In this document: one piece after another, positions 20,909 to 30,680 of the stretch
Numbering within the stretch: position 1 is the first letter of the stretch
Layout of the letters: each line of letters begins with the position of its first letter
DNA from: a virus
Direction: 5' to 3' (one strand)
Virus record (IMG/VR): IMGVR_UViG_3300012954_000007
Length of the DNA: 64,000 nucleotides
The notes under the pieces: generated by a model
Told to the model about the DNA's origin: nothing
What the model saw: only the letters and a program-made list of their open reading frames with translations
The model's database searches: none
Translations under genes and position numbers: made by a program

Positions 20909-20911
20909 TTT

Positions 20912-21511
20912 TTATTGAAATATTTTATTTTTAGTTAAGTCAGGCCAATCTTCTAATTTCCATTTTTTAGGGGGAGTTTCAATAGCTGACTTTAGTTTAT
21001 TCAATCCCAACTGAGCTGTTTCTGGAGTCATGTAGTAATGGTAACCAGTTACTTCTATATTTTGTTCTCTCCAGGGTATGTTTGGTATTCTACCATCGTA
21101 AACCATTTTTCTTAAATGAGTAGCAGCTTCTAGGTTGTCAGTTAAAATCATCCCACCCCTACCTAAACTTAAATGTTTTTGGTATTGAAAACTTAAAGAC
21201 ATAAAAGTATTCGGTATGTAACTATCTTTTTTCCACAGAATTGCAGAATCTATAATGTTATCTGTTAAATAATAGTAATCCTCCCACTTTTCGTCCTTCC
21301 AGTTTAATTCTATATTAAGTTTGTCAGCTAAAAAAGGAATAGAAAGGTAAGTTCTTTTAGGAACACTAATTTTTCTACTTTTATGGTATCTTAAACAAAG
21401 TTCTATTCCGTGTGTACAACTATCAACCGCTATCCCATAAGGAGCACCAAAAAACTCAGCTACTTCCTTTTCAAATTTACTTACCGTACTAAAATCTATT
21501 TTTTTAATCAT
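20912..21511 (-). CDS. Short DegT/DnrJ/EryC1/StrS-family PLP-dependent protein
   Basis: Motifs FEKEVAEFFG, AVDSCTHG, SFQYQKHL...GRGGMIL; only 199 aa. Confidence 0.8.
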   Translation of the reverse strand: MIKKIDFSTVSKFEKEVAEFFGAPYGIAVDSCTHGIELCLRYHKSRKISVPKRTYLSIPFLADKLNIELNWKDEKWEDYYYLTDNIIDSAILWKKDSYIPNTFMSLSFQYQKHLSLGRGGMILTDNLEAATHLRKMVYDGRIPNIPWREQNIEVTGYHYYMTPETAQLGLNKLKSAIETPPKKWKLEDWPDLTKNKIFQ

Positions 21512-22053
21512 TTTTTTGCTTTTACATTTAAACTTATTAGGGTTCCCTTATCTTTATCCCCCTTGGGGTCTAGGTATGCTTGTGAGTGGTCGTCATTTTG
21601 TCTATGTACTTCATAATGTCTCCAATCGTATCTTTCAATATTATTATATGCTAATTCATATAAAAGATTATATAGTGATTCAAAATCATAAGTTGTTTTA
21701 TGATATATGGTTTCATCTCCCATAGGCATTTTACCATAAAGAGGACCTGTAATATCTTTTAATTTTACCCTTCCGTTGTGGTATAGTGTGTTCATCATTT
21801 CAAAATCTGGAACCGCAATTCTTAACTCCCCACCTGGTTTTAATACCCGACGCCATTCACGAAGTACTTCCTTTACTTCAACAATATCAAAATATTCTAA
21901 AACATGACTAGCATAAATTAAATCTACACTATCATCTTTATAGGGAAGATTTAATATGTCTTTAGAGTCTAGATGTGGGTAATCCCCACCATCTACGTGG
22001 TCCCAGTCCGAACCAAAATTTCTCCAACCACAACCCATATTAATTTTAATCAT
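21508..22053 (-). CDS. Class I SAM-dependent methyltransferase
   Basis: Motifs NMGCG, DLIYASHVLE, RVLKPGG. Confidence 0.9.
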   Translation of the reverse strand: MIKINMGCGWRNFGSDWDHVDGGDYPHLDSKDILNLPYKDDSVDLIYASHVLEYFDIVEVKEVLREWRRVLKPGGELRIAVPDFEMMNTLYHNGRVKLKDITGPLYGKMPMGDETIYHKTTYDFESLYNLLYELAYNNIERYDWRHYEVHRQNDDHSQAYLDPKGDKDKGTLISLNVKAKK

Positions 22054-22829
22054 AATTTTATTTTTTTTATTGTGTTATTAGTTGCTATTGAAAGTTTGTT
22101 TTCATCTTTATAATTTACATCACTACAAAAGCGTGTGTATAAAACTTTTTGAGGTAATGGGGTTTTTTGATAAATTAGTGGAAACTCACTTTCAAAAAAA
22201 TACCTATTATATTGTTGTCCGTCTACCCCACACATGTGTGTTATATTTTCAGTTAAAAAGTTTTGTCCATGATTATTTAAAAAGTACTCAATAACTTCCC
22301 CAAAGTGTACCCAAAAAGTGTATAATGAGGTTAATTGATTAACTTTTCTAGTGTGGGTAAGAAGTGGTGATAATAAATTTTCACCATAACCTGGAGGGTT
22401 CAGAGTAACGTAAGGAGAATATAAGGAAGCGGTTTCTTTTAACATTTTGGATTCTATTTTTTCTCTATTGTCCCAAAATAAATCAAATACTTCTTTTCTA
22501 AAATCGTCATCTCCACTAGTAGCTCCTTTAGTGTGACCAAACCAACAAAATTTATATTTTTTATTATTCTTTTTAAGTAATCGTAATGCTGTTTGAAAAG
22601 CTGAACAATCGCTATCTACTAATAAATTTTCGGGTGTTATGTCATATTTTAAATTTAATTTTTTACTATATTCATCTAAAAGATTAACCCATTCATTACA
22701 CGAATTGTTTACCCCAACATAAATGTCATAATCGTAAAATAACTTATAAAATTTATCTAAAAATTCTTTACCTATGTATAATTTGTCAGGACTAGGTATG
22801 TGAGAAGCAAAAATTATACAATTTTTCAC
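22050..22829 (-). CDS. Putative glycosyltransferase-like protein
   Basis: WFGHTKG motif and cluster context. Confidence 0.45.
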   Translation of the reverse strand: MKNCIIFASHIPSPDKLYIGKEFLDKFYKLFYDYDIYVGVNNSCNEWVNLLDEYSKKLNLKYDITPENLLVDSDCSAFQTALRLLKKNNKKYKFCWFGHTKGATSGDDDFRKEVFDLFWDNREKIESKMLKETASLYSPYVTLNPPGYGENLLSPLLTHTRKVNQLTSLYTFWVHFGEVIEYFLNNHGQNFLTENITHMCGVDGQQYNRYFFESEFPLIYQKTPLPQKVLYTRFCSDVNYKDENKLSIATNNTIKKIKL

Positions 22830-22839
22830 GGTAAATTTT

Positions 22840-23430
22840 TTACAAATAAATTATTCCTATACCAAAACAGTTCTTTTCTTCCATAATTTCGTCCGTGTTA
22901 GGGTATTGTTCTTTTATTTCTTCCCACAAAATATCAACCCTACACCCTAGTTGGATGTGTAGTGGGGTTTTTTTAATATCATGAAGTATAATTACCCCTC
23001 CCTCTTTCATAAGTTCTTTGTATACCTTAAAATCTTGTTTCGCTCCCTCATAACTATGGTCCCCATCAATGTAGAGTACATCCAAATTTAATTCTTTTAC
23101 GCTATTAAAAGTAGTTTCATCATGACTATTAGCACCAATGTACGTATAGTTTTTACAAATTTCTTTAATTATATTTAAACTTCTTTCCGAATTTTCTATA
23201 CCACCACCAAACCTACATTTTATATTGTCATCAATAGTGACTAACGATTTTGCAAAATTTGCAAGGCAAAAGGTTGAACCCCCATCATAAGCACCTATTT
23301 CTAAAATATCTAAGTGTCCTTTTTCTTTTTGTAGTTTTTCTAAAATTTTTAAGATATACATCCATTCTTTTTTATTTTGTTGTATAAAAAAAGTTTTTTC
23401 ACTAATATCCCATATTTGTTCTAAATTCAT
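22840..23430 (-). CDS. SAM-dependent methyltransferase (Methyltransf_24-like)
   Basis: Motifs LEIGAYDGGS, LYIDGDHSYEG, GGVIILHD. Confidence 0.9.
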   Translation of the reverse strand: MNLEQIWDISEKTFFIQQNKKEWMYILKILEKLQKEKGHLDILEIGAYDGGSTFCLANFAKSLVTIDDNIKCRFGGGIENSERSLNIIKEICKNYTYIGANSHDETTFNSVKELNLDVLYIDGDHSYEGAKQDFKVYKELMKEGGVIILHDIKKTPLHIQLGCRVDILWEEIKEQYPNTDEIMEEKNCFGIGIIYL

Positions 23431-23440
23431 ATATTTTTTT

Positions 23441-23851
23441 TTAAATAAAAGTTTTATCTAATTCCTGTCCTTCATATGGACCAGTTTTATATTCATACAC
23501 TATAGTATTTTCTTCTAAAATTTCATATGTGTGCCCACCATAAAGGGTAAAACTAGCGTCTCCAGGTAATAAAATAGGTTCCGCAATTACACTATTATCT
23601 AAATCATATAAAATACATTTTACTTTACCTTTAATAACAACCCAACTTTCTTGGGCTATTTGATTTTTATAAGTCCTTTCTTTTTCAATATGTTTGTGCG
23701 GTGGAAACGTCTTTTGATTTTCTAATTTCATAGCCGCACATTGAATAAAATGTTCAGAGGGAACAATATTAACTCTACCGTCAATATCTGTTAATCTATT
23801 AACAATATGTAAAAGTCTTTCGGGTTCTATTTTAGAATAAATTTTTTCCAT
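23441..23851 (-). CDS. Cupin-fold sugar-modifying protein (WbuC-like)
   Basis: PHKH...QESWVVIKG...GGHTYE cupin metal motif. Confidence 0.7.
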   Translation of the reverse strand: MEKIYSKIEPERLLHIVNRLTDIDGRVNIVPSEHFIQCAAMKLENQKTFPPHKHIEKERTYKNQIAQESWVVIKGKVKCILYDLDNSVIAEPILLPGDASFTLYGGHTYEILEENTIVYEYKTGPYEGQELDKTFI

Positions 23852-24513
23852 TATAAGGTTGTATTTTTAAGTATAACATTACCAAAATTCCCTAAAAAAT
23901 TAAACACTTTAATCTTTTCAAAATTAGGTAACATTTTTAAAGTTTCTTCTAAGTTAGAGGAACCTTCGTAAAGTTCCACCTCTTCAAATTCAGTGATTAG
24001 TATTTTGGTTTTCTCGTTTAAGGTTTTTACAGCTCCTTCAATAAACTCTTTTGTAGCTCCATTTACATCCACCCACATAATATCAATTATGTCTACATTA
24101 TTTTCACTATACCAGGTGTCTAATTTTTTAGATTTTACTGTGGTAGGTTGTTTAAAATAAACGTCTGTAAAAGTGGTAAGATGTTCTTTAGGTTTTTTCA
24201 TAGAAGATGAAGCGGACCATGATTTTTGGTCGTCATAATGTCTTCTGGTCTCGCTCTCACTTTCATACCAAGAAATTGTACCATCTACATTAGATATAGC
24301 TGTTTCAATTAAATGTATATTATCACTTTTAACGTTCTTATTAAATAACTCTATACTTCTCTGGTCTGGTTCAAAAGAATATATCTGAGCCTTTGGAAAT
24401 ACCTTTAGAAAATCCTTACTATCACTGCCGTCGTAACACCCCACATCAAATATTGTAGGTGTTTCTGAAACAACATACTCTTTTAAAGTCTCTTTATTAA
24501 ATTCTCCTCCCAT
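23851..24513 (-). CDS. FkbM-family methyltransferase
   Basis: Motifs FDVGCYDG, IYSFEP, IDIMWVDVNG. Confidence 0.88.
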   Translation of the reverse strand: MGGEFNKETLKEYVVSETPTIFDVGCYDGSDSKDFLKVFPKAQIYSFEPDQRSIELFNKNVKSDNIHLIETAISNVDGTISWYESESETRRHYDDQKSWSASSSMKKPKEHLTTFTDVYFKQPTTVKSKKLDTWYSENNVDIIDIMWVDVNGATKEFIEGAVKTLNEKTKILITEFEEVELYEGSSNLEETLKMLPNFEKIKVFNFLGNFGNVILKNTTL

Positions 24514-25226
24514 TATACTATCTTTTTTTCAACTAATTCTTTTATGGTTTCATGGTCTAACCCATTTAAGTTTAAGTGATTTATATTATTCACTCTCACA
24601 CCCTCTATTTTATGTACACACACACCTTCATTTTCTATTGTACCTAATACTAGAACGTCTGTATTTCTAACATTTTCAGAATTAGTTACTTCAAATTCCC
24701 AAGGAGAAAAATTAGGTTGTAAATATTTAATAAATTGTTTGGTTGGCCAAATAGAAGCCTGAGTATTAACTATATAATCGGACTTTGGGTCAAGTTTATA
24801 AATGTTAATGTCATTTATTTTTTTATACGGTATTACCCCTTTATATATGCCAGAGTGATTGACTATCATATCATTAGTTAAATCTACTCGGTCTACCCCA
24901 TCATCTTTAACTACTTCCATTAAAGCTTTAAGAATGTTAAAATTAATCGGACGAATTATAAATTGGTCTTCCATAATGTATATAAAATATTCTTCATCTA
25001 TAGACTCAAAATATTTTTTTAAGTCATTAGACCAATCGTCAGGACCTGTTTGTGTGCCCATAGAAACAAAACTAAAGTTTACGGGTAAATCAAATTCTGG
25101 GGTTTTATACCCCAATACAACCACTTCCCACTCATTACCCCAAAACTTATTAAAAGTATGACAAAACACTTTTAATGCGTGGTGGTAATTGTCAGAAGTA
25201 GTACAATATATTTTTAATTTATTCAT
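24513..25226 (-). CDS. Putative glycosyltransferase (GT-A-like)
   Basis: Motifs FIYIMEDQF, QASIW, SPWEFE; cluster context. Confidence 0.55.
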   Translation of the reverse strand: MNKLKIYCTTSDNYHHALKVFCHTFNKFWGNEWEVVVLGYKTPEFDLPVNFSFVSMGTQTGPDDWSNDLKKYFESIDEEYFIYIMEDQFIIRPINFNILKALMEVVKDDGVDRVDLTNDMIVNHSGIYKGVIPYKKINDINIYKLDPKSDYIVNTQASIWPTKQFIKYLQPNFSPWEFEVTNSENVRNTDVLVLGTIENEGVCVHKIEGVRVNNINHLNLNGLDHETIKELVEKKIV

Positions 25227-25227
25227 T

Positions 25228-25842
25228 TTATTTTTTTAAAAAGTCGTAATTCATATACCCACCTTGAATGTCAGAAAATCCGTCTTTCTGCCACGCTAAA
25301 TGTGGTCTAAAAACATAACTAGGAAATACTGCTTGTAGTTGAGCGTAGGTAACATCAACTTGAGTTTTTTCTTTTTTAAGTAATTCTAAAATATGGTCAA
25401 AAAGATTACTTTTTATACAAATTGCGTGGATAGCGTAAGAGTGTCTTATTTTAGCTACCTTATCATTAACTGGGGTAATACCACCTACATGATTTCCACC
25501 CATGTAAATAAAAGACCAATCCTCAGGAACAGAAGAATAAAAAGAAAAGAATTTTTCTTTAAATTCTGGGTCTAATTCCACATCATCTTCAAAAATAACT
25601 ATTTGTTTATAACCATTATCTTTAGCGTCTTTTACAACATTGTAGTTACTCCTAATTACACCTACCTCACCAGGTAATAATTCACCCACACCCTCAGGGG
25701 CAACTTCTTTACCATTTATTGCAGAAAACCTATCAACCACAATACCGTGTTTTGTGAAGTGTGTTTTACATTCCTCCCACCTATCCTTTCTATGGTCTAA
25801 GTTTATACAATAGGCTTTATCAAAAAGTTGGTTTAATTCCAT
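25228..25842 (-). CDS. Glycosyltransferase family 25-like
   Basis: Motifs YCINLDHRKDRW, RFSAING, GEVG..RS, IFEDD. Confidence 0.88.
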   Translation of the reverse strand: MELNQLFDKAYCINLDHRKDRWEECKTHFTKHGIVVDRFSAINGKEVAPEGVGELLPGEVGVIRSNYNVVKDAKDNGYKQIVIFEDDVELDPEFKEKFFSFYSSVPEDWSFIYMGGNHVGGITPVNDKVAKIRHSYAIHAICIKSNLFDHILELLKKEKTQVDVTYAQLQAVFPSYVFRPHLAWQKDGFSDIQGGYMNYDFLKK

Positions 25843-26609
25843 GAGTCAAATAATTTTTCTGTTTTTACTATTTTATAAAAGGTGTCTGGAGCTCCTCCCA
25901 TTAAAGCGTCTTTCGGGTACTCCCAGTTATTAAAGTAATCACATAGTTTATCAATACTTTTAAAGTTAGGTGAAGCTGAAGAATTTGTCAATTTAACTTT
26001 TAAATCTTTTCTAACATAACTCATGTGGTGCATTTCAATTTCGTCTCTAGTAAATATTTTACATTTACCCGCTTCCATTCTACGAGTTGGGTCTACTAGG
26101 GTTGGGAAGGGTAGTCCCATAACATATTGTTTACCGTTTTGTATTTTATAAATTAAGGATACATAGTAATCTTCTTTAGGGTCTAACCTATAGTTAGATT
26201 CTTTATAGTAAGTTACCATTTGACAACATGAAGAATCGTAATCACCTTCTATCATTTCTTTTTTCAAAAATTTAAATTGTTCGTCAGTGTAAAACTCGTC
26301 TGAATCCATTGCCATATGGTGAGTACACTTAGCTCCTTCCGATAATAACAAACCTATATTTCTTTTATTTATTTCATTAAAATGTCCCCCTCTTTGTGGT
26401 TGGGGTTTATATTTAAAAACCTCATCTACAAGACCTTCCGTTTTTAATTTGTTTATTAAAGGAATTAAATTTTCGTTACATGCATTACCAAAATTAGATA
26501 TCTCTTGGTATACTACTGAAATATAATCTACATTATCCCTAATACTTTTTATAGAATTCTCTAACAATTCTTCACCATCAAATATGTTATAACTTACCCC
26601 TAATTTCAT
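25833..26609 (-). CDS. Glycosyltransferase, GT-A fold
   Basis: Motifs SYNIFDGEELL, KRN, MDSDEFY (DxD). Confidence 0.75.
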   Translation of the reverse strand: MKLGVSYNIFDGEELLENSIKSIRDNVDYISVVYQEISNFGNACNENLIPLINKLKTEGLVDEVFKYKPQPQRGGHFNEINKRNIGLLLSEGAKCTHHMAMDSDEFYTDEQFKFLKKEMIEGDYDSSCCQMVTYYKESNYRLDPKEDYYVSLIYKIQNGKQYVMGLPFPTLVDPTRRMEAGKCKIFTRDEIEMHHMSYVRKDLKVKLTNSSASPNFKSIDKLCDYFNNWEYPKDALMGGAPDTFYKIVKTEKLFDSWN

Positions 26610-26737
26610 GTTGTTAATGTTTTATATTTATTTTTTATTATTAAAGACAAATTATTTTTATCTATGTTAGAAAAATGATTATGACACATCCTACTCCCTA
26701 TTATTTTAGGTAATAGTCTTTGGGTATAATCCTCATA

Positions 26738-28144
26738 TTATCTTTTTAATTTTTCTTTGTCTTTATTTCTTGTTTGACTTTCATAGTGGTATGCTACTGC
26801 ACTCCCCACTAAATAATTTTTAAGTCTTTTATTTAAACACTCAATATTTAATTCCACATCTTCAAAACATTCATTATATGTTTCTTTAAATCCACCTATT
26901 TGGTTAAATAAAGTTTTTTTAATCATCATAAATGCCGCCGTATTTCCAAAAACTTCTTTTCTTCCCTGGTGGTAGTTAAAGTAACTACCAATACCATGAT
27001 GACTTATTCTAATATTATAATCTTTATCTACAAATGCGACTACCCCTGAGTGTTGTATTTTATTATCTTCAAAATGTAGTCTTATACCTACAGTACCAGT
27101 TTGTTTGTTTGTGTTAAATACCTCAACCATTTGAGTAATGGCGTTATTTAATAATTTTATATCATTATTACAAAATAATAATAATTCAACGTCCTCCTCT
27201 ACATGATTAGAAACCATATCATTATTAATACTAGCAAAATTATAGTAGTTATATTCTATTAATTTAATATTTGGTTTGTCCTGTATGTAATTTTTTATTT
27301 CTTCTAACTCCTCCAATGAAGAACCAGTGTCACCTATGTAAATTTTTAAATTAGAATAATTATCCATAGTAACTAAGGAACTAACACATTCCTTTAAAAG
27401 AGAAACATTTCCTTTTGTGGGTATCACCACACCTACGGTTGGATTTTTTTTAAGTGTAATTTTCTTATCTTTTACTAGTATAGGTGGTTTTAACGAATAG
27501 GGTAAATTTTTAGAGTGATTTTCTACAAACTGTCTTCTATTTTTTTCCCACTCTTCATTTGTTTGACCTATAGATTTGTGTGTTATAGTAATATTAGTAA
27601 TTACACCCACTTTGGTGCCACCCAAATGGTTTTTAAAACAAAAGTCCACTTCATAAAAATGGAACCCTTTTATATCTTCATCAAAAGAATTTTTTAATCT
27701 ATCTTTGTGTACCGCAAAAAATAAACCATCTACCAGTATACTTTCCAGTATCTCATCCCCAAACTTAGGTGAATAAGCACTATTCCAAGTTTTACCTTCA
27801 TGAGTGTGTTTAACCTGACCTAACATTAAAGAAGGATTTTGCCACCATCTCCCTGTTGATTGCATTTCAGTAGTACCAGCTACACCTAGTATACCAAATC
27901 TACTGTCATTAAAATGTGAAATAAGTTTTTTACCCCAGTTTTTGGTATTGAATATAATATCGTTGTGACAAAAAACTACTATTTTGTTTTTAGTTTGTTT
28001 TAAAGCTTTATTGTAAAATTTTGTGAGTGGCTCTCCTTTATTTATATATTCAATAATTTCTGCGTCTTTAATACCCACAGTTTTTTTTATGTGGTCTATA
28101 TGTGAAGACATCGGTTCGGGACTACAATAAACTACACTTATCAT
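26738..28144 (-). CDS. Two-domain glycosyltransferase (two GT2-like domains); may extend to 26606 past an internal TAA
   Basis: Domain 1 VFCHND and FHFYEVDF; domain 2 VVIPTK, FCNNDI, FEDVELN, YHYESQTR. Confidence 0.88.
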   Translation of the reverse strand: MISVVYCSPEPMSSHIDHIKKTVGIKDAEIIEYINKGEPLTKFYNKALKQTKNKIVVFCHNDIIFNTKNWGKKLISHFNDSRFGILGVAGTTEMQSTGRWWQNPSLMLGQVKHTHEGKTWNSAYSPKFGDEILESILVDGLFFAVHKDRLKNSFDEDIKGFHFYEVDFCFKNHLGGTKVGVITNITITHKSIGQTNEEWEKNRRQFVENHSKNLPYSLKPPILVKDKKITLKKNPTVGVVIPTKGNVSLLKECVSSLVTMDNYSNLKIYIGDTGSSLEELEEIKNYIQDKPNIKLIEYNYYNFASINNDMVSNHVEEDVELLLFCNNDIKLLNNAITQMVEVFNTNKQTGTVGIRLHFEDNKIQHSGVVAFVDKDYNIRISHHGIGSYFNYHQGRKEVFGNTAAFMMIKKTLFNQIGGFKETYNECFEDVELNIECLNKRLKNYLVGSAVAYHYESQTRNKDKEKLKR

Positions 28145-29112
28145 TACAAATAAGAATTTACGGTTTCAGTAATACCTAAATTAAAGTTGATTTCTGGTTT
28201 CCACCTTAATTTAGTATATATTTTATCATAGTTAATAGAATACCTTAAATCATGACCTGGACGGTCACCCACAAAAGATATTAATCTAGAAGAGGTACCA
28301 GGAACTAAACCTTTTATATTATCATAGGTTAAACAAATTTTTTTAATTAGTTCTAAGTTAGTTAACTCATTACCACTCCCAACATTATATCTTTCACCAC
28401 TTTTACCAGAATGAAAAACTTTATCTATAGCTTTAACATGGTCCTCTACATGTATCCAATCCCGAATGTTACTACCATCACCATAAACAGGTATTTGATT
28501 ATTTTCTTTTAAACAATTTATAACTTTCGGTATTAATTTTTCCTCGTGTTGGTTTGGACCATAATTATTTGAACAATGGGTTATACAACCAGGTAAGTTA
28601 TACGTTCTATAAGCGGCTAAAACTAAAAAATCTGCTGACGCTTTAGATGCGGAGTAAGGTGAACTAGGAGCGAATGGTGTAAACTCATAAAAAGTTCTAC
28701 CGTCATTAAAATCTAAACTACCATAAACTTCATCAGTAGAAACCTGCATAAATTTATTTGTTTTATGTTTTAATGAAGCGTTTATTAATGTCTGAGTACC
28801 GATAACATTAGTTTCTAAAAAAATGTCTGGGTCATTTATCGAGTTATCAACATGAGTTTCTGCAGCAACGTTTATGACGCCATCAAAACCATGTAATTCA
28901 AAAAGATTATTTACAAATCTTTTATTGGTTATGGATATATGATGAAAAGTAATTTTATCTATACAGCTTTTTAAATTTTCTTTATTACCAGCATATGTTA
29001 AGGAATCTAGGACATGAATATCATATAGTGGGTATTCTTTTACCATATGTTTTACCAGATGTGACCCAATAAATCCAGCTCCTCCCGTTATTAAAATAGT
29101 TCTTTTTTGCAT
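28144..29112 (-). CDS. rfbB: dTDP-glucose 4,6-dehydratase
   Basis: Motifs TGGAGFIGS, LTYAGN, AAETHVD, VSTDEVYG, YSASK, SNNYGP, DRPGHD.RY. Confidence 0.95.
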   Translation of the reverse strand: MQKRTILITGGAGFIGSHLVKHMVKEYPLYDIHVLDSLTYAGNKENLKSCIDKITFHHISITNKRFVNNLFELHGFDGVINVAAETHVDNSINDPDIFLETNVIGTQTLINASLKHKTNKFMQVSTDEVYGSLDFNDGRTFYEFTPFAPSSPYSASKASADFLVLAAYRTYNLPGCITHCSNNYGPNQHEEKLIPKVINCLKENNQIPVYGDGSNIRDWIHVEDHVKAIDKVFHSGKSGERYNVGSGNELTNLELIKKICLTYDNIKGLVPGTSSRLISFVGDRPGHDLRYSINYDKIYTKLRWKPEINFNLGITETVNSYL

Positions 29113-29119
29113 AATACTT

Positions 29120-29752
29120 TTATTTTATACCAGTACTACCAAAACCCCCTTTTTCTCTATTAGAAGTGTTTAATGTACTTACTTTATTTAATTCTCCCCA
29201 CACTTTATCTAATACTGGAGATATTACTCCTTGAGCTACTCGGTCACTATTTTCTATAATAAAATTTTCATTACTTAAGTTAATTAATATAATTTTAATT
29301 TCACCTCTATAATTACTATCTACAGTACCTGGAGTATTAAGTACTGTAATCCCGTTTTTTAAAGCTAAACCACTACGTGGTCTGACTTGTAATTCATAAC
29401 CTCTGGGAACCTCAAAGTAAAGGCCTGTAGGAACTAATTTTCTTTCACCTGGCCCTAAAGTCATTTTTTCATTTTCAGGTAAATCAGCTCTAAAGTCAAA
29501 TCCACTATCTCCCTCATGAAAATAATCTGGGTCTACATTATTGCTTTTATTTAAGAATTTTATTTCTATTTTAGGTGTCATTACTGGTGAACTGGTAAAA
29601 AACTCTGAAGATTTTTTTTCGTGTTCTTTAAATTTTTCTAAAAGTTTTGCAGTTTCCGGTAAAGCATCTGCTGTTGGTATTAAATCATTAATTTCACTTA
29701 TAGTTTCTTTTAATTTTTTAATGTCCTTTATTATTTTTTCTTTCCCCATCAT
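29120..29752 (-). CDS. dut: Trimeric dUTPase with N-terminal extension
   Basis: Motifs SGFD, RPRSGLA, GTVDSNYRGEI, RVAQ, GGFGSTG. Confidence 0.96.
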   Translation of the reverse strand: MMGKEKIIKDIKKLKETISEINDLIPTADALPETAKLLEKFKEHEKKSSEFFTSSPVMTPKIEIKFLNKSNNVDPDYFHEGDSGFDFRADLPENEKMTLGPGERKLVPTGLYFEVPRGYELQVRPRSGLALKNGITVLNTPGTVDSNYRGEIKIILINLSNENFIIENSDRVAQGVISPVLDKVWGELNKVSTLNTSNREKGGFGSTGIK

Positions 29753-30438
29753 GTAATCTTTTTGACTAATTTTATTGTGGCAGTAACATCATTTTCACAA
29801 TAAGTTTTTATTTTATTTATATCTTTTTTTTCACTATAATAAAATTGGTGTAGCAGGTCCCCCTTTAAATCTCCACTTTTAGGTGAATCAATTCCCAACG
29901 AAGCACAAATTAAGTCTAGTGACGATAACCCAATATACGAATTAAAACCCCAAACCTCCTTGGTGTCGACAACTCTAGTCTCCCAAGGTTTATCATTATA
30001 GGTGGGTAAAATCTTAGGTAGGTCTATACCATGTACTAACATTTTTTTGCCAATATAAGGTAAATCAAAGTTTTTTATATTATGTCCACAAATTTTAAAT
30101 CCTAATTTGTCGACCCTATTAAATAACTCACAAACGTTACCTAAAATGTCCTTTTCATCACCAACAAAACTATCTAATTTAATTTGACCATTAGGTGATA
30201 TAAACCCCACAGAGATACAAACTATTTTACCAAACTCAGGAAGTAAAGCTGCTTTTTTAATAAACATTTCGTTACTATACAGGTCTTCGTTTGGGTACCT
30301 TCTTTTACAGTAATCGTATCCAGTTTCATCCCACATTTTACTTAAATGTGGAAACTCTATATGTAAAGAATCCAAATCTTCCTCAATACCTACCGTTTCT
30401 ATGTCTAGAAATAAAAGTTTATTTATATCTTTAATCAT
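29749..30438 (-). CDS. PolB-type 3'-5' exonuclease (DEDD)
   Basis: Motifs FLDIET, GHNIKNFDLP, YCENDV. Confidence 0.88.
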   Translation of the reverse strand: MIKDINKLLFLDIETVGIEEDLDSLHIEFPHLSKMWDETGYDYCKRRYPNEDLYSNEMFIKKAALLPEFGKIVCISVGFISPNGQIKLDSFVGDEKDILGNVCELFNRVDKLGFKICGHNIKNFDLPYIGKKMLVHGIDLPKILPTYNDKPWETRVVDTKEVWGFNSYIGLSSLDLICASLGIDSPKSGDLKGDLLHQFYYSEKKDINKIKTYCENDVTATIKLVKKIT

Positions 30439-30668
30439 TGTTGATAATACTTAGGTGTTAGTGTTGGGTGTAAAATATCTTCATAAGGTGCTTTAATTAA
30501 AGACACTATTTCAGAATCTCTAGTATCTTCAGCAAGATATTTGCTTACTCTTGTAGTAGCTTCATAAACTGATTCTGATTCTACAATATATTTAAATTTT
30601 TTAACTTTAGGATTTCCATTACCGTCTAAAGCTCCGGTTTCAAATGCTACAATTGCTTGATAATACAT
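30435..30668 (-). CDS. Small protein resembling Bacteroidota DUF4494
   Basis: KYIVESESVYEATTRV pattern. Confidence 0.5.
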   Translation of the reverse strand: MYYQAIVAFETGALDGNGNPKVKKFKYIVESESVYEATTRVSKYLAEDTRDSEIVSLIKAPYEDILHPTLTPKYYQQ

Positions 30669-30680
30669 GTTTTTTCTTTT

